From: an uncultured Pseudomonadales bacterium
Lineage (GTDB): Bacteria; Pseudomonadota; Gammaproteobacteria; Pseudomonadales; Azotimanducaceae
NCBI GenBank assembly: GCA_943787425.1
Contig: CALSMJ010000001.1
Coordinates: 793,271 to 857,270 of the forward strand
Length of the DNA: 64,000 bases
Direction of reading: 5' to 3'
The position numbers were made by a program, and so were the translations under genes. The first letter of the stretch is position 1; the number at the start of each line of letters is the position of its first letter. This document shows, one piece after another, positions 48,333 through 57,930 of the stretch. The notes beneath the pieces were generated by a model, which did no database searches, was not told the DNA's origin, and worked only from the letters and a program-made list of their open reading frames with translations.

Positions 48333-48651
48333 AAGTAATCTCTCCTATTTTCATTTTTAAAACGGCTTTACCCAATTCCCCGGCAAAACGGTAAAGCACT
48401 CGCCTTCGAAGTTCAATCGCTTTCATGCACCCCATTCTGGCCGAAAAGATCCACGCCGTCTCGTTCACAGATCATCATCCTCCTAGGCCGGGGTTTGCCC
48501 TGATCTGCCCCGGCTTACGGCGCCCCAACGCTTGGTTCCGCCCTGCATTCATCGCCTGAAAAAAAGGCTGCCGCCGTCATCCCAATAGCCCGACCAGTGC
48601 ACCCATCGTTGTCAAAAAGGCTTTTTTACAGCGGGCAGCTTGTGCTCATCC

Positions 48652-50064
48652 CTAGTAGCGCACCCGCGCGGTGTACGCAATGCGTTGTTTGGACTGCGGC
48701 GCAAGATCGAGCTCGATCGATAATGATTGTCCGACTTGATTCACCATCTCCGGCGTACTGGCGAGTAAGGTCAACTCCCCATTGAAGTCTTCCTGCAGAC
48801 GCACTGCGGCCTCTGTCTTACCCGTATTTTCCAACAGCAGATCCAAGGTGACTTCATACAGCCGGTCGTTAATCCTGCGAAAGTCCGTGGTCGTTCTCGT
48901 GAGTCGCACATCGAAGGCGCGACCCAGATACACCTCAAACGGTGCGCCCGACGGGGATTGGGTCAATTGATCCTCACCCATCAAGATGGGTTGACCCGTT
49001 GGGCTGCGTTCAAACACGCGGACCAGGCCCGCTGCGATCGGATGATTGCTGGACGGCCCGGTCTCTTGCGGTGTGACCGACAAGAACGCTGGAACCGACT
49101 GCGGCTGCACGGCACCCGATGGATAGCGCTGAACCAATGACCGACTTCTAAACACCCGCTTTGCTGGCACCACCCAGGGGTCTTCGAGCGCGACCTGCAG
49201 GCTGCGGCCCGCGCCCAGCGTCACGCGCTCTGGCAGCCGCCACTGGTATTGCAGCCCAGCAGGCGCGGCAGCTGCCGCAGGGCCCCGATCCATGGCGGCG
49301 CTTCGCAGCATTGGCATATCCATCTCAGGCTGAAAATTAGGACTCGCAGCGGTACTTAACTGCCCTGCGACCACAGTAACACCGGCCTTCTCAATGGCTA
49401 ACTGCGTGGCATTTGATAAGACCGCGGACGAATAAATTCGGACCTCGCGCACCTTGGGGTCATAGACCATTTCATAATGGGCCGACCAGCTGAGCCCGGG
49501 TGCAACGTAGACGAGATGACCGGAGAAAGACCCGGCATCTTCAATTGTTACGGCAAGCGACGGGTTCACTGCAAGGCCAATGTCCGGAAAACGAAGTTGA
49601 TCGAAAGCAACCGTTTGCAGGCCCTGCGACGTCGAAACTAAAATCGGCTGCAGCGCCTTTAGAAGGCCAGACGCATACCGCATTGCACCGGTATCGCCGA
49701 CCGGGCTCAGAAACTCAACGCGTTGTCCCAAGTAAGCCTGCAGGGTCTGCTGAGGCGCTCCAAGCCATGGGGTGATCTCCAGCTGCCGCACTCGATTACC
49801 TGCGTTCGGCATCACATAGACCCCAGCAAGCGTGGTCGTTTCCGCAATCGGCACCTCAACAATGCCGCCCGCCTGAACCGAGGTCTTCGGCAGCACACCG
49901 CTCACCAAGCCTTGGCGCGCATAAAGGGTCAGCTCAGGGTTTGCCAGGACGACCCGCTCTCTGGCCTCAAGGTGCTGCCCCGGCGCGGACAGCACAACCA
50001 GCCAGACCAGAGCCGCCCTAAAGTTGATCACCCAACGCCTGAATACTGTGTCTAATCCTGTCAT
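48652..50064 (-). CDS. Secreted DUF4139-like protein (MuiA-like family)
   Basis: Signal peptide. HLVYVAPGLSWSAHYEMVYD...AVLSNATQLAIEKAGVTVVAGQLS matches my recollection of the DUF4139 core (glsW.a.Y ... l.LvAG). Confidence 0.55.
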   Translation of the reverse strand: MTGLDTVFRRWVINFRAALVWLVVLSAPGQHLEARERVVLANPELTLYARQGLVSGVLPKTSVQAGGIVEVPIAETTTLAGVYVMPNAGNRVRQLEITPWLGAPQQTLQAYLGQRVEFLSPVGDTGAMRYASGLLKALQPILVSTSQGLQTVAFDQLRFPDIGLAVNPSLAVTIEDAGSFSGHLVYVAPGLSWSAHYEMVYDPKVREVRIYSSAVLSNATQLAIEKAGVTVVAGQLSTAASPNFQPEMDMPMLRSAAMDRGPAAAAAPAGLQYQWRLPERVTLGAGRSLQVALEDPWVVPAKRVFRSRSLVQRYPSGAVQPQSVPAFLSVTPQETGPSSNHPIAAGLVRVFERSPTGQPILMGEDQLTQSPSGAPFEVYLGRAFDVRLTRTTTDFRRINDRLYEVTLDLLLENTGKTEAAVRLQEDFNGELTLLASTPEMVNQVGQSLSIELDLAPQSKQRIAYTARVRY

Positions 50065-50243
50065 GCGGCCTCCGGTTACGCGTTATTGCACGCTAGAACG
50101 GTCAAGTTGTCACGACACAGTATAGATCGTGCGCCCGCACATACAATCGATGTGGTCTGGTCGTTGGAAAATGTGCGCGCCTTGGGTATGCTGCGCGGAG
50201 AATTGCCCGCGCGCTTGCCGGCAGAACGTCAAAGCGAGTCATC

Positions 50244-50855
50244 ATGCCCACCCCCACACAACGCCAGGCTTTTGGCCTAAAGATTCTGAATGCGGGCCAC
50301 CCGTCAGTTCGGAAACTAAAAGCACAAGGCTTTCAAGCCGAAATCCACGGCAATAAATTTTGGAACTCCAGTTTCCTGGTGATGGACTACTTAAAACGGA
50401 ATCCATTACCCAAAGGCACCCGGGTTTTAGAGGTCGGCTGCGGCTGGGGACTGCTGGGCTTATATTGCGCCAAAGCATTTGATGCCGTCGTCACCGGCAT
50501 TGATGCCGATGCCAATGTGGGACCCTACTTAGACCTGCACGCGAGCCTTAACCAGCAACCGATGACCTTCGAAAAAAAATCCTTCAATCAACTCACAAAA
50601 ACGTATTTAACGAATTTTGACGTCATTATTGGCGCCGATATTTGTTTTTGGGATGAACTCAGCCAGCAATTATTTAACCTAATTCGCCGCGCCCAGGCTG
50701 CAGGGGTCTCGCAAACAATCCTCGCCGACCCCTGTCGATCGCCCTTTGAAACCTTGGCAGCGCGCAGCGCCGCGGCGTTCGAATCGGTTGAGCGGATTGA
50801 GACCGGCATTTCAAGACCCACCAAAGCAACCGGCGCCCTACTCATTGTTCGCTGA
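50244..50855 (+). CDS. Class I SAM-dependent methyltransferase
   Basis: Motif I VLEVGCGWGLLG and the later IIGADICFWD. Confidence 0.7.
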   Translation: MPTPTQRQAFGLKILNAGHPSVRKLKAQGFQAEIHGNKFWNSSFLVMDYLKRNPLPKGTRVLEVGCGWGLLGLYCAKAFDAVVTGIDADANVGPYLDLHASLNQQPMTFEKKSFNQLTKTYLTNFDVIIGADICFWDELSQQLFNLIRRAQAAGVSQTILADPCRSPFETLAARSAAAFESVERIETGISRPTKATGALLIVR

Positions 50856-50926
50856 CACCCAAACGGTTTTGTTCCTAATTAACCAAGCGGACCCAATAAC
50901 CGATGCTCGTGCGGGGTCAAGGTGCC

Positions 50927-51838
50927 ATGTTTGATCGTAAAACGTTGCAAGGCGGTTATTTTGCCTTGGCCGCTTATTGCATCTGGGGCGTTGCACCGAT
51001 CTATTTCAAACTCGTGGGTCACGTACACCCCCTTGAGATCATTGCCCACCGCGTCACCTGGTCCGCGATTTTACTGATGGTGGTGCTCGCGCTGTCTGGC
51101 AAGCTCGGCGAACTCCGATTACCCATCAAAAGCCTCGGTTGGCTACTGCTCAGCGCGATCCTGCTGGCTTGCAACTGGCTGATCTTTGTCTTTGCCGTCC
51201 TAAACGATCAAATTATCGACACATCACTGGGTTATTTCATCAACCCACTGGTCAGTGTTTTCCTCGGCATTTTTTTCCTTGGTGAGCGCTTGCGACCCCT
51301 ACAATGGCTGGCGCTGTCGATCGCTTTTTTAGGCATCATGATTCAGCTTGCTGTCCTCGGGCGCCTACCGCTGATCTCGCTGGCGCTTGCGTTTAGCTTT
51401 GGGTTTTATGGCCTTATCCGCAAAAACCTCAACTTACCCGCCGTATCGGGCCTTGCCCTTGAAACGCTCATTATTTTACCCTTCGCGCTAGCCTATCTTA
51501 CCTGGCAGCAAACCCAAGGCGCGTTGAGCTTCAGCAACCTCTCGCTCGAGACCGATCTGTTGTTAGTCCTTGGCGGCGTCGTCACCTCCCTACCGCTTTT
51601 ATTTTTTGCCGGCGCCGTGACGCGGTTGAGCCTGACGACTGTTGGGATCTTTCAGTATCTTGCGCCCAGCCTGACCCTGCTCTTGGCCGTTTGCTATTTC
51701 GAGGAACCCTTTAGTCGGGTTCAATTTGTCACTTTTTTCTGTGTCTGGGTCTCGATTGTCATTTTTACAACCGAGTCCCTCGGGTATCATCGCAAACACT
51801 ACAGGGATCACGGGCGGGCCGCCGACGAGGCCGCCTAG
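50927..51838 (+). CDS. rarD: EamA-family transporter RarD
   Basis: GGYFALAAYCIWGVAPIYFKLVGHVHPLEIIAHRVTWS is the characteristic RarD N-terminus. Ten TM segments. Confidence 0.8.
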   Translation: MFDRKTLQGGYFALAAYCIWGVAPIYFKLVGHVHPLEIIAHRVTWSAILLMVVLALSGKLGELRLPIKSLGWLLLSAILLACNWLIFVFAVLNDQIIDTSLGYFINPLVSVFLGIFFLGERLRPLQWLALSIAFLGIMIQLAVLGRLPLISLALAFSFGFYGLIRKNLNLPAVSGLALETLIILPFALAYLTWQQTQGALSFSNLSLETDLLLVLGGVVTSLPLLFFAGAVTRLSLTTVGIFQYLAPSLTLLLAVCYFEEPFSRVQFVTFFCVWVSIVIFTTESLGYHRKHYRDHGRAADEAA

Positions 51839-51873
51839 CGGTCGTATCCCGCCGATTAACCGCAGGATCTGTT

Positions 51874-52740
51874 ATGACTCAAGCCTTCCGACTCGATAAC
51901 GATATTCGCTTTGACCCAACACAGCGCGTTCAAACAACCGATCAAACCTGGACACAACCCGTTACGATTTCAGATCGCTGGCAAGTCATCGTTGGGCCGA
52001 ACGGCGGCTATCTCGGCGCGCTCTTGCTGGGCTGCATCAAAACATTAGCCATCCAGCGTGATCAAACGGTGCGTTCGGTGGCACTAAGTTTCATCAGCCC
52101 GTCGGTGCCGGGCGCTGCCGCCATCGCCCTTCGTTGCGTTAAAGCAGGCCGAACGATCAGCCTGTATACGGCAGAACTCATTCAGAATGATCGAACCATT
52201 GCCATTGCCAATACGCATTTTGCGGCCAGGCGCTTAGACGCTGCGTTTTGTGATGAGACGATGCCGAATGTTTCGCCGGCGCACGAGATCACGCCCACGG
52301 ACTGGCGGCAAACCGATTCTAAATTCGCCGTGCCGTTTCGGCAGCATTTTGATCAACGCATCGCCATTGGACCCGAGCCGGGTGCGCGCGATGGCTCCGG
52401 ACGGATTGGCGGCTGGATGCGCTTCATCGATTGCAGGCCGCTGGATGATATTGGTTTGCTCGCCATGAGCGATGCCTGGTATCCCAGCATTATCTCAAGG
52501 CATCTCGATTTTGACGTACATGTGCCCACCATCGATCACACGGTGCATTTTTTGCAGACCGATTTTTCAGCACTGCCTGATGACGCCTATATCTTGTTTG
52601 AGTTCTCAACCGAACTCGCCCAAGACGGCTACTTGATTGAAAATGGTCGGATGTTTTCCAGCTGCGGCACGCTGCTTGCCGTCTCCCGACAAATGGCAGC
52701 AATGGTGCCGTTTGAGCCTGAAGCGCCCGCGGCGATATAA
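51874..52740 (+). CDS. Acyl-CoA thioesterase-like (double hotdog) protein
   Basis: VGPNGGYLGALLL and a two-lobed layout resemble the TesB-like thioesterase family. Confidence 0.55.
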   Translation: MTQAFRLDNDIRFDPTQRVQTTDQTWTQPVTISDRWQVIVGPNGGYLGALLLGCIKTLAIQRDQTVRSVALSFISPSVPGAAAIALRCVKAGRTISLYTAELIQNDRTIAIANTHFAARRLDAAFCDETMPNVSPAHEITPTDWRQTDSKFAVPFRQHFDQRIAIGPEPGARDGSGRIGGWMRFIDCRPLDDIGLLAMSDAWYPSIISRHLDFDVHVPTIDHTVHFLQTDFSALPDDAYILFEFSTELAQDGYLIENGRMFSSCGTLLAVSRQMAAMVPFEPEAPAAI

Positions 52741-52915
52741 ACAGTCCGCGGCGATATAAACAGCCTGCGGCGATTAACAGCCGCGGCGATATAAACAGCC
52801 CGCGGCGATATCAACTGTCCGCGGCGATATAAACAGCCTGCGGCGATCTAAACAGTCCGCGGCGATCTAGACAGCCCGCGGCGATATCAACAACCCGCGG
52901 CGGGGACAAATCAGC
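52727..52915. repeat. Tandem array of ~10 copies of a 19-bp unit (ccgcggcgatataaacagY and variants)
   Basis: Counted directly in the sequence. The first copy overlaps the last codons and stop of the thioesterase gene. The array fills the convergent intergenic gap. Confidence 0.9.
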
Positions 52916-52999
52916 CTGTGGCCTAACAAAAAGGCGACATCGAACCCTTCGCGAAGACGCGCCTTGCGGCGACGCACCCAATGCGCACTCTAGCCGCGG

Positions 53000-54526
53000 C
53001 TAAGCGCTTGCGTTACGCGCATCGATCAATCCGCGAATGCGTTGATGCTCCGCTGCGTCTAATGAAAACCTTGAGAACAACCACGTCCCCACGGTGTAAC
53101 AAAGCAGTGGCGACAAGCCATAAAGGGTCACCATGGCCAGCTGCACCCCGAACGTCTGGACTTCATTTGGCACAAAGCCGCTGAATTCGAGCACCCAACC
53201 GGTGACCAAAATCATCACTCCGATGGCGCTCTTTTGGACAAAGTTGAAGGCAGCAAAATAAGAGCCCTCTTTACGCTCGCCGGTTTTAAATTCATCAAAA
53301 TCGATGATATCGCTTTGTACCGACGGGGCAATCGTGCCGTCGCAACCGGCAGACAGACCGGCAAAGAAGGCCAGAATAAAAATAAGCCAGGTTCGATCCG
53401 TTACGCTCTCCATAAAGGGCAGCGCGAACATCCCGCCAAAGGACAAACCGGTGAGCATCATCGAAAACATCCAGAGCCGAATCTTACCAAAGCGCTTTGA
53501 AAGCGGTATCCAAAGCGGCACGGACAAACTCGATGGCACCATGTAGGCCAAAATAATCAATGGTGCGAGACTCGGCTTGCCCACCACGTACTGACAGATG
53601 TACAGGGTTAGCAAGGCGATAACGGCACTGCCGATGTTCTCGATGAACGTGACCACCAACACCAACCGGGCATGCGGGTTGGACCAAACATCTTTAAAAG
53701 CCCCAAAAGGCGTTTGACCGACGCGCCCTTTAAGATCGTGACGCTCACGCAGTTTAATAACCGCAAACGTAATCAAGGCCGCCGTGATCAGGCCCGCCAG
53801 CGTGCTCAGCTCAAAGGCTGTTTCGCGCACCTTTTCCGATGAAACCTGTTCGGCATCAATCAAAAGCTGCATGCTGATCAAGGCAATAATCGACCCCACG
53901 GTGTAAGCGGCATGTCGAAAGCCGTAGAGCCGGCTGCGCTCGTGGTAGTCGTTCGTAAGCTCGGGGCCCAGTGACAAGTGCGGCACCATAAACAGGGTCA
54001 TCGCAGAGTAAAACCCAATGACGCCAATCGCCATCCAAATCACCAAAGCCGTGCCTTGCAGACCTGCCGGTGGTGAGAACACCATGATAAACATGCCCGC
54101 GACCGGCACGATACTCCAGAGCAACCAACTGCGACGACGCCCCAAACCAGATTGCGTGCGATCGCTGACATAGCCCACCAATGGGTCCGAAATCGCGTCC
54201 CAAACGCGCGATATCCCGAAAATCGTGCCCATGATCGCGGGCGAAATCAGCAACACATCCGTTGAGAACTTCATAATGTACAGCCCAATGAGCAAGTACA
54301 TGTAGCCAACACCAACAGTCGGCGCCGAGTAGGCAACGATTTGTAACCAGTGCAACGGGGTTGCCCCAGCCTTGTGTATCTCTTTTTGGATCAAGCGTAC
54401 CTCTTCCGACTGCCCACAACTCTGGCAGGATTGAGACCGGCTTTCAAGGCGGCGCTGCTCTATAAATTTGGACGACAATTGGCTATCCTTGCCTCCCGCA
54501 CTTGCGTAGGTCGCGGCGTCCTGCAC
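53000..54526 (-). CDS. GPH-family (glycoside-pentoside-hexuronide):cation symporter-type MFS transporter
   Basis: Family motif WDAISDPLVGYVSDRTQSGLGRRRSW and 12 TM segments. The true start may be downstream of 54526, because the first ~55 aa are hydrophilic. Confidence 0.75.
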   Translation of the reverse strand: MQDAATYASAGGKDSQLSSKFIEQRRLESRSQSCQSCGQSEEVRLIQKEIHKAGATPLHWLQIVAYSAPTVGVGYMYLLIGLYIMKFSTDVLLISPAIMGTIFGISRVWDAISDPLVGYVSDRTQSGLGRRRSWLLWSIVPVAGMFIMVFSPPAGLQGTALVIWMAIGVIGFYSAMTLFMVPHLSLGPELTNDYHERSRLYGFRHAAYTVGSIIALISMQLLIDAEQVSSEKVRETAFELSTLAGLITAALITFAVIKLRERHDLKGRVGQTPFGAFKDVWSNPHARLVLVVTFIENIGSAVIALLTLYICQYVVGKPSLAPLIILAYMVPSSLSVPLWIPLSKRFGKIRLWMFSMMLTGLSFGGMFALPFMESVTDRTWLIFILAFFAGLSAGCDGTIAPSVQSDIIDFDEFKTGERKEGSYFAAFNFVQKSAIGVMILVTGWVLEFSGFVPNEVQTFGVQLAMVTLYGLSPLLCYTVGTWLFSRFSLDAAEHQRIRGLIDARNASA

Positions 54527-54651
54527 TTAAACCAGCCTGCGAGCATTCAGGCGACCATCTGGTTCAAGACGGATCAACCGAACGCCAACGATCTTAACGA
54601 CCGCATGCGGCAAAAACCGAACACAAAAGGTAGCAACAGGAGCGCCCAAAC

Positions 54652-56295
54652 ATGACGATGTCGCGAACCCAATTATTGATGTCCCGAATCCTCGGCCGAG
54701 GTGCACAGCTTGACCCCAATGAAGAGGTCGTGACCTTGATGCCAAATGGCACCCATCGCCAAACGCTGAAAGCGACCTGGCACCGCGCCAACCAAGTTGC
54801 GGGCGCACTGAGCGCGATGGGAATTCAGCAGGGCGACCGCGTTGCAAGCTTTATGTGGAACAACTACCGTCATCTCGAGCTTTACCAAGCTGTACCGTCA
54901 ATGGGCGCAGTCCTGCACACCCTCAACATTCGTTTGGGCGCGGCCGATCTTGAGTACATTATCAACCATGCCGGTGATCGAGTGATTTTTGCCGATGAAG
55001 ACCTGCTGCCGCTCCTTGAGCCCCTGCTTGATAAAATACCGACGGTTGAGAAGATCATCATCTGCCGTCATGGTGAGGGCGGCGAGACCACTTTTAGCGA
55101 CGCAGAAGATTACGAGGCGTTCATCCAAGATCAGCCGACGCAATATGCCTGGCCGGATATTGATGAACATGCCCCGATGGGCTTGTGTTACACCAGTGGT
55201 ACAACGGGTAAGCCCAAGGGCGTGATGTACACCCATCGCTCGACCTACCTACATACGATCAACCAGGCCATGACCGATGCAATGAATCTCTCTGCCCTCG
55301 ACGCGGTCTGTGGCATCGTGCCGATGTTCCACGCCATGGGCTGGGGTGTACCCTTCACGGCGTCCATGCTCGGCTGCAAACAAGTCATGCCGCACCGTTT
55401 TATGGACCCTGAACGCCTTCTGCAATTGATGTGCGATGAAGAAGTGACGCTGTCGGCAGGCGTGCCCACAATCTGGCAAGGGGTTAAAACGGTCCTAGAA
55501 AATAACCCAGGCAAATACGATACCCAATTGCTGTCTAGGCTCACCTGTGGCGGCTCGGCGCCACCGGTCTCGATGATGCGTTGGTACTGGCAAGAACACG
55601 GTATAGAGATGATCCAAGGCTGGGGCATGACCGAAACCAACCCCTTAGGCACCTTGTCTCGCAAGGTCGCTAAACGCTCACATTTGACCCTCAGTGAGGA
55701 CCAACAATTCGACAACATCGCCAAAGCCGGGCTCGCAAGCCCGGGTCTTGAGATTGAAATTTTTGATGAGCATTGGGAAACCCTCCCCCACGACGGTGAA
55801 GCCGTCGGAGAGCTATTGATTCGAGGACCTTGGATTTGTTCCGAGTATTACAATGACCCCCAACCCGAAAAATTCCACGATGGCTGGCTGGTCACAGGTG
55901 ACGTCGCAAAAATTGATCGCGAAGAGTATCTGATCATTGCAGATCGCTCAAAAGACCTGATCAAATCGGGCGGGGAATGGATTTCATCCGTTGATCTCGA
56001 AAATCATATCGTGGCATTACCCGGTGTTAGGCAGGCGGCGGTTGTTGCCCAACCCCATCCAAAATGGGATGAGCGACCCGTGGCGTTGGTGATTCTGCTG
56101 GAAGGCGCCAATGTGACGAAGGATTTAATCTTGGATCATTGCGCTGAGATTTTTGCAAAATGGCAGTTGCCAGACGATGTGATTTTCGTGCATGAAATCC
56201 CACTGACTTCAACGGGTAAAATCGACAAGAAAGTCATTCGCAGCCAACTCGCGTCGGAAGACTACTTACTACCAGACTTAAGAAGCGCCTCTTAA
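54652..56295 (+). CDS. Acyl-CoA synthetase / AMP-dependent ligase
   Basis: AMP-binding motif YTSGTTGKPKGV, plus later GWGMTET and TGDVA...DRSKDLIKSGGEWIS motifs. Confidence 0.85.
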   Translation: MTMSRTQLLMSRILGRGAQLDPNEEVVTLMPNGTHRQTLKATWHRANQVAGALSAMGIQQGDRVASFMWNNYRHLELYQAVPSMGAVLHTLNIRLGAADLEYIINHAGDRVIFADEDLLPLLEPLLDKIPTVEKIIICRHGEGGETTFSDAEDYEAFIQDQPTQYAWPDIDEHAPMGLCYTSGTTGKPKGVMYTHRSTYLHTINQAMTDAMNLSALDAVCGIVPMFHAMGWGVPFTASMLGCKQVMPHRFMDPERLLQLMCDEEVTLSAGVPTIWQGVKTVLENNPGKYDTQLLSRLTCGGSAPPVSMMRWYWQEHGIEMIQGWGMTETNPLGTLSRKVAKRSHLTLSEDQQFDNIAKAGLASPGLEIEIFDEHWETLPHDGEAVGELLIRGPWICSEYYNDPQPEKFHDGWLVTGDVAKIDREEYLIIADRSKDLIKSGGEWISSVDLENHIVALPGVRQAAVVAQPHPKWDERPVALVILLEGANVTKDLILDHCAEIFAKWQLPDDVIFVHEIPLTSTGKIDKKVIRSQLASEDYLLPDLRSAS

Positions 56296-56454
56296 AATCA
56301 TGAGCCAAAGCCCGACAAAGGACTAGCCCGAGGCCCAAAGCCAGTGCGGCGTTGACCGCTGTCGTGGGCGCGTTGGCGGCGGCATCGCGCGGCGACGCGC
56401 CTAAACTGGATCAGCATCAAGATTTTGGTCTTTAAGGCCTTATGCGAGCAGGTT

Positions 56455-56775
56455 ATGACATCAGAGTTCATCATTGCAGCGCACATCAGTGAAGTGCCCG
56501 AAGGCGGTCAATTGCGGCTGGAATTACCGGACCAAGAACTGCTGATCTGCAACGTCTCAGGCGAGTACTTTGCCATAGACTACTACTGCAGCCACGACGC
56601 CCTCGGCTTAGAGGGCGGCACGATCGAAAATGATTGCATCACGTGCCCTTACCACGGCGCCGAGTTTTGCCTGCGTTCGGGTAAGGTTATGGCCTCGCCC
56701 GCCTGGGAAGATCTTCGAGTTTACCCCGTCAAAGTCGAAGATGATCTCATCAAGCTTTGCCTTATACCGAAATGA
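56455..56775 (+). CDS. Rieske [2Fe-2S] ferredoxin-type protein
   Basis: CSHD...CPYHGAEF (CxH ... CxxH). Confidence 0.8.
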   Translation: MTSEFIIAAHISEVPEGGQLRLELPDQELLICNVSGEYFAIDYYCSHDALGLEGGTIENDCITCPYHGAEFCLRSGKVMASPAWEDLRVYPVKVEDDLIKLCLIPK

Positions 56776-57632
56776 GTGAAGCTGCAGCGATCGCGCTCCG
56801 CGATAAATTAAATCTTGAGCAACTCGACCTGGATCTTTTTAGAGCCCAAAACGAAGCAACCCTTGGCGACCGACTATTTGGTGGACAGGTTCTGGCGCAA
56901 GCCTTAGCTGCTGCCCAAGAAACCATCGATGAACGACCCTGCCACTCGTTGCACGGCTATTTCCTGAGACCCGGCAAAGTTGATATCCCAGTCATCTTCC
57001 AAGTCGAACGCATTCGAGATGGCAAGAGTTTTAGCACCCGGCGCATTATCGGCATTCAAAATGGCCAAGCGATTTTTAGTATGGATGCGTCGTTTCAGGT
57101 CAAGGAAGCGGGACTGCACCACCAGATAGATGCTCAGCCGGTCGCCCCACCAGAGGCCCTCGAGGACGATCGGTTAGTTGCTATGAGAATGGCCGACCTG
57201 GGTCCTCATGGCGCATGGATGACGCGGGAACGGCCCTTTCAAATTCGCTCGGTCGTACCCATTGATCAAGCGCCGACGGCCAAAACCAGTCAAGCCGTTT
57301 GGATCCGATTTTTGGCGCCAATCCTTGAGCGCACGACCCAACAACAACTCCTGGCCTATGCCTCAGACATGGGCTTGGTGAGCACCGCCGCGCTGCCGCA
57401 CCGACCGAATATGCCGCGAGATCGCCTGCAAATGGCAAGCCTTGATCACAGTCTTTGGTTCCATGACGCTTTAGATCTCAACGATTGGCTGCTGTACGAG
57501 AAAGACACCCCCGTCAGCCACAGTAATCGTGGTCTGAATCGAGGTCGTTTTTTTGACCGAGCGGGCCGACTCGTTGCCTCGGTTATTCAAGAGGGCCTGA
57601 TGCGGGTTACGCCCGCGTCAGATCAGGGCTGA
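56772..57632 (+). CDS. tesB: Acyl-CoA thioesterase II
   Basis: ATGA overlap with the Rieske gene. LDLDLFRAQNE...FGGQVLAQALAAA and the double hotdog layout are typical of TesB. Confidence 0.8.
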   Translation: MSEAAAIALRDKLNLEQLDLDLFRAQNEATLGDRLFGGQVLAQALAAAQETIDERPCHSLHGYFLRPGKVDIPVIFQVERIRDGKSFSTRRIIGIQNGQAIFSMDASFQVKEAGLHHQIDAQPVAPPEALEDDRLVAMRMADLGPHGAWMTRERPFQIRSVVPIDQAPTAKTSQAVWIRFLAPILERTTQQQLLAYASDMGLVSTAALPHRPNMPRDRLQMASLDHSLWFHDALDLNDWLLYEKDTPVSHSNRGLNRGRFFDRAGRLVASVIQEGLMRVTPASDQG

Positions 57633-57796
57633 TATTCTGCTAGCAGTAGTTGCTGTTGATGTTCGTCCAGCGCATTAACCAGCTCAAGATGGGCGGCCAC
57701 AAACGCCGCCATCGAAGGATATTGCGCAACCACTTGATCCCGCCAATAGACCAAGACGTGCTCCCGCGATTGATCCCAAAAGACCCCCGTTCGCAT
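57623..57796 (-). CDS. Possible 57-aa small protein (below the ORF-track cut-off)
   Basis: Translated by hand: MRTGVFWDQSREHVLVYWRDQVVAQYPSMAAFVAAHLELVNALDEHQQQLLLAEYQP. It is ATG-initiated with protein-like composition. It overlaps the tesB 3' end by 10 nt. Confidence 0.25.
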   Translation of the reverse strand: MRTGVFWDQSREHVLVYWRDQVVAQYPSMAAFVAAHLELVNALDEHQQQLLLAEYQP

Positions 57797-57930
57797 TGCT
57801 CGCCACTCCTGCCTGCCAAGGCATCAGTTTAACACCCTGCCAGCACGCGATGTCCAAGCATCAAACTTGCAATTGAAAGTAGGCTATGCGTTCATCCTTG
57901 TTTTAATTGGCCAACGCTTGAGGACATTCA

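Noticed and set aside
52727-52915. CRISPR array
   Set aside because: The repeats are directly adjacent with no unique spacers, the unit is only 19 bp, and there are no cas genes in the window.
53856-54419. 187-aa minus-strand ORF inside the GPH transporter gene
   Set aside because: It is an alternative frame of the same strand, and its composition is Gly/Arg/Trp-rich and not protein-like. The 508-aa frame carries the family motif and TM helices.
55245-55724. 159-aa minus-strand ORF
   Set aside because: It is antisense to the acyl-CoA ligase gene, whose AMP-binding motifs identify the true frame.
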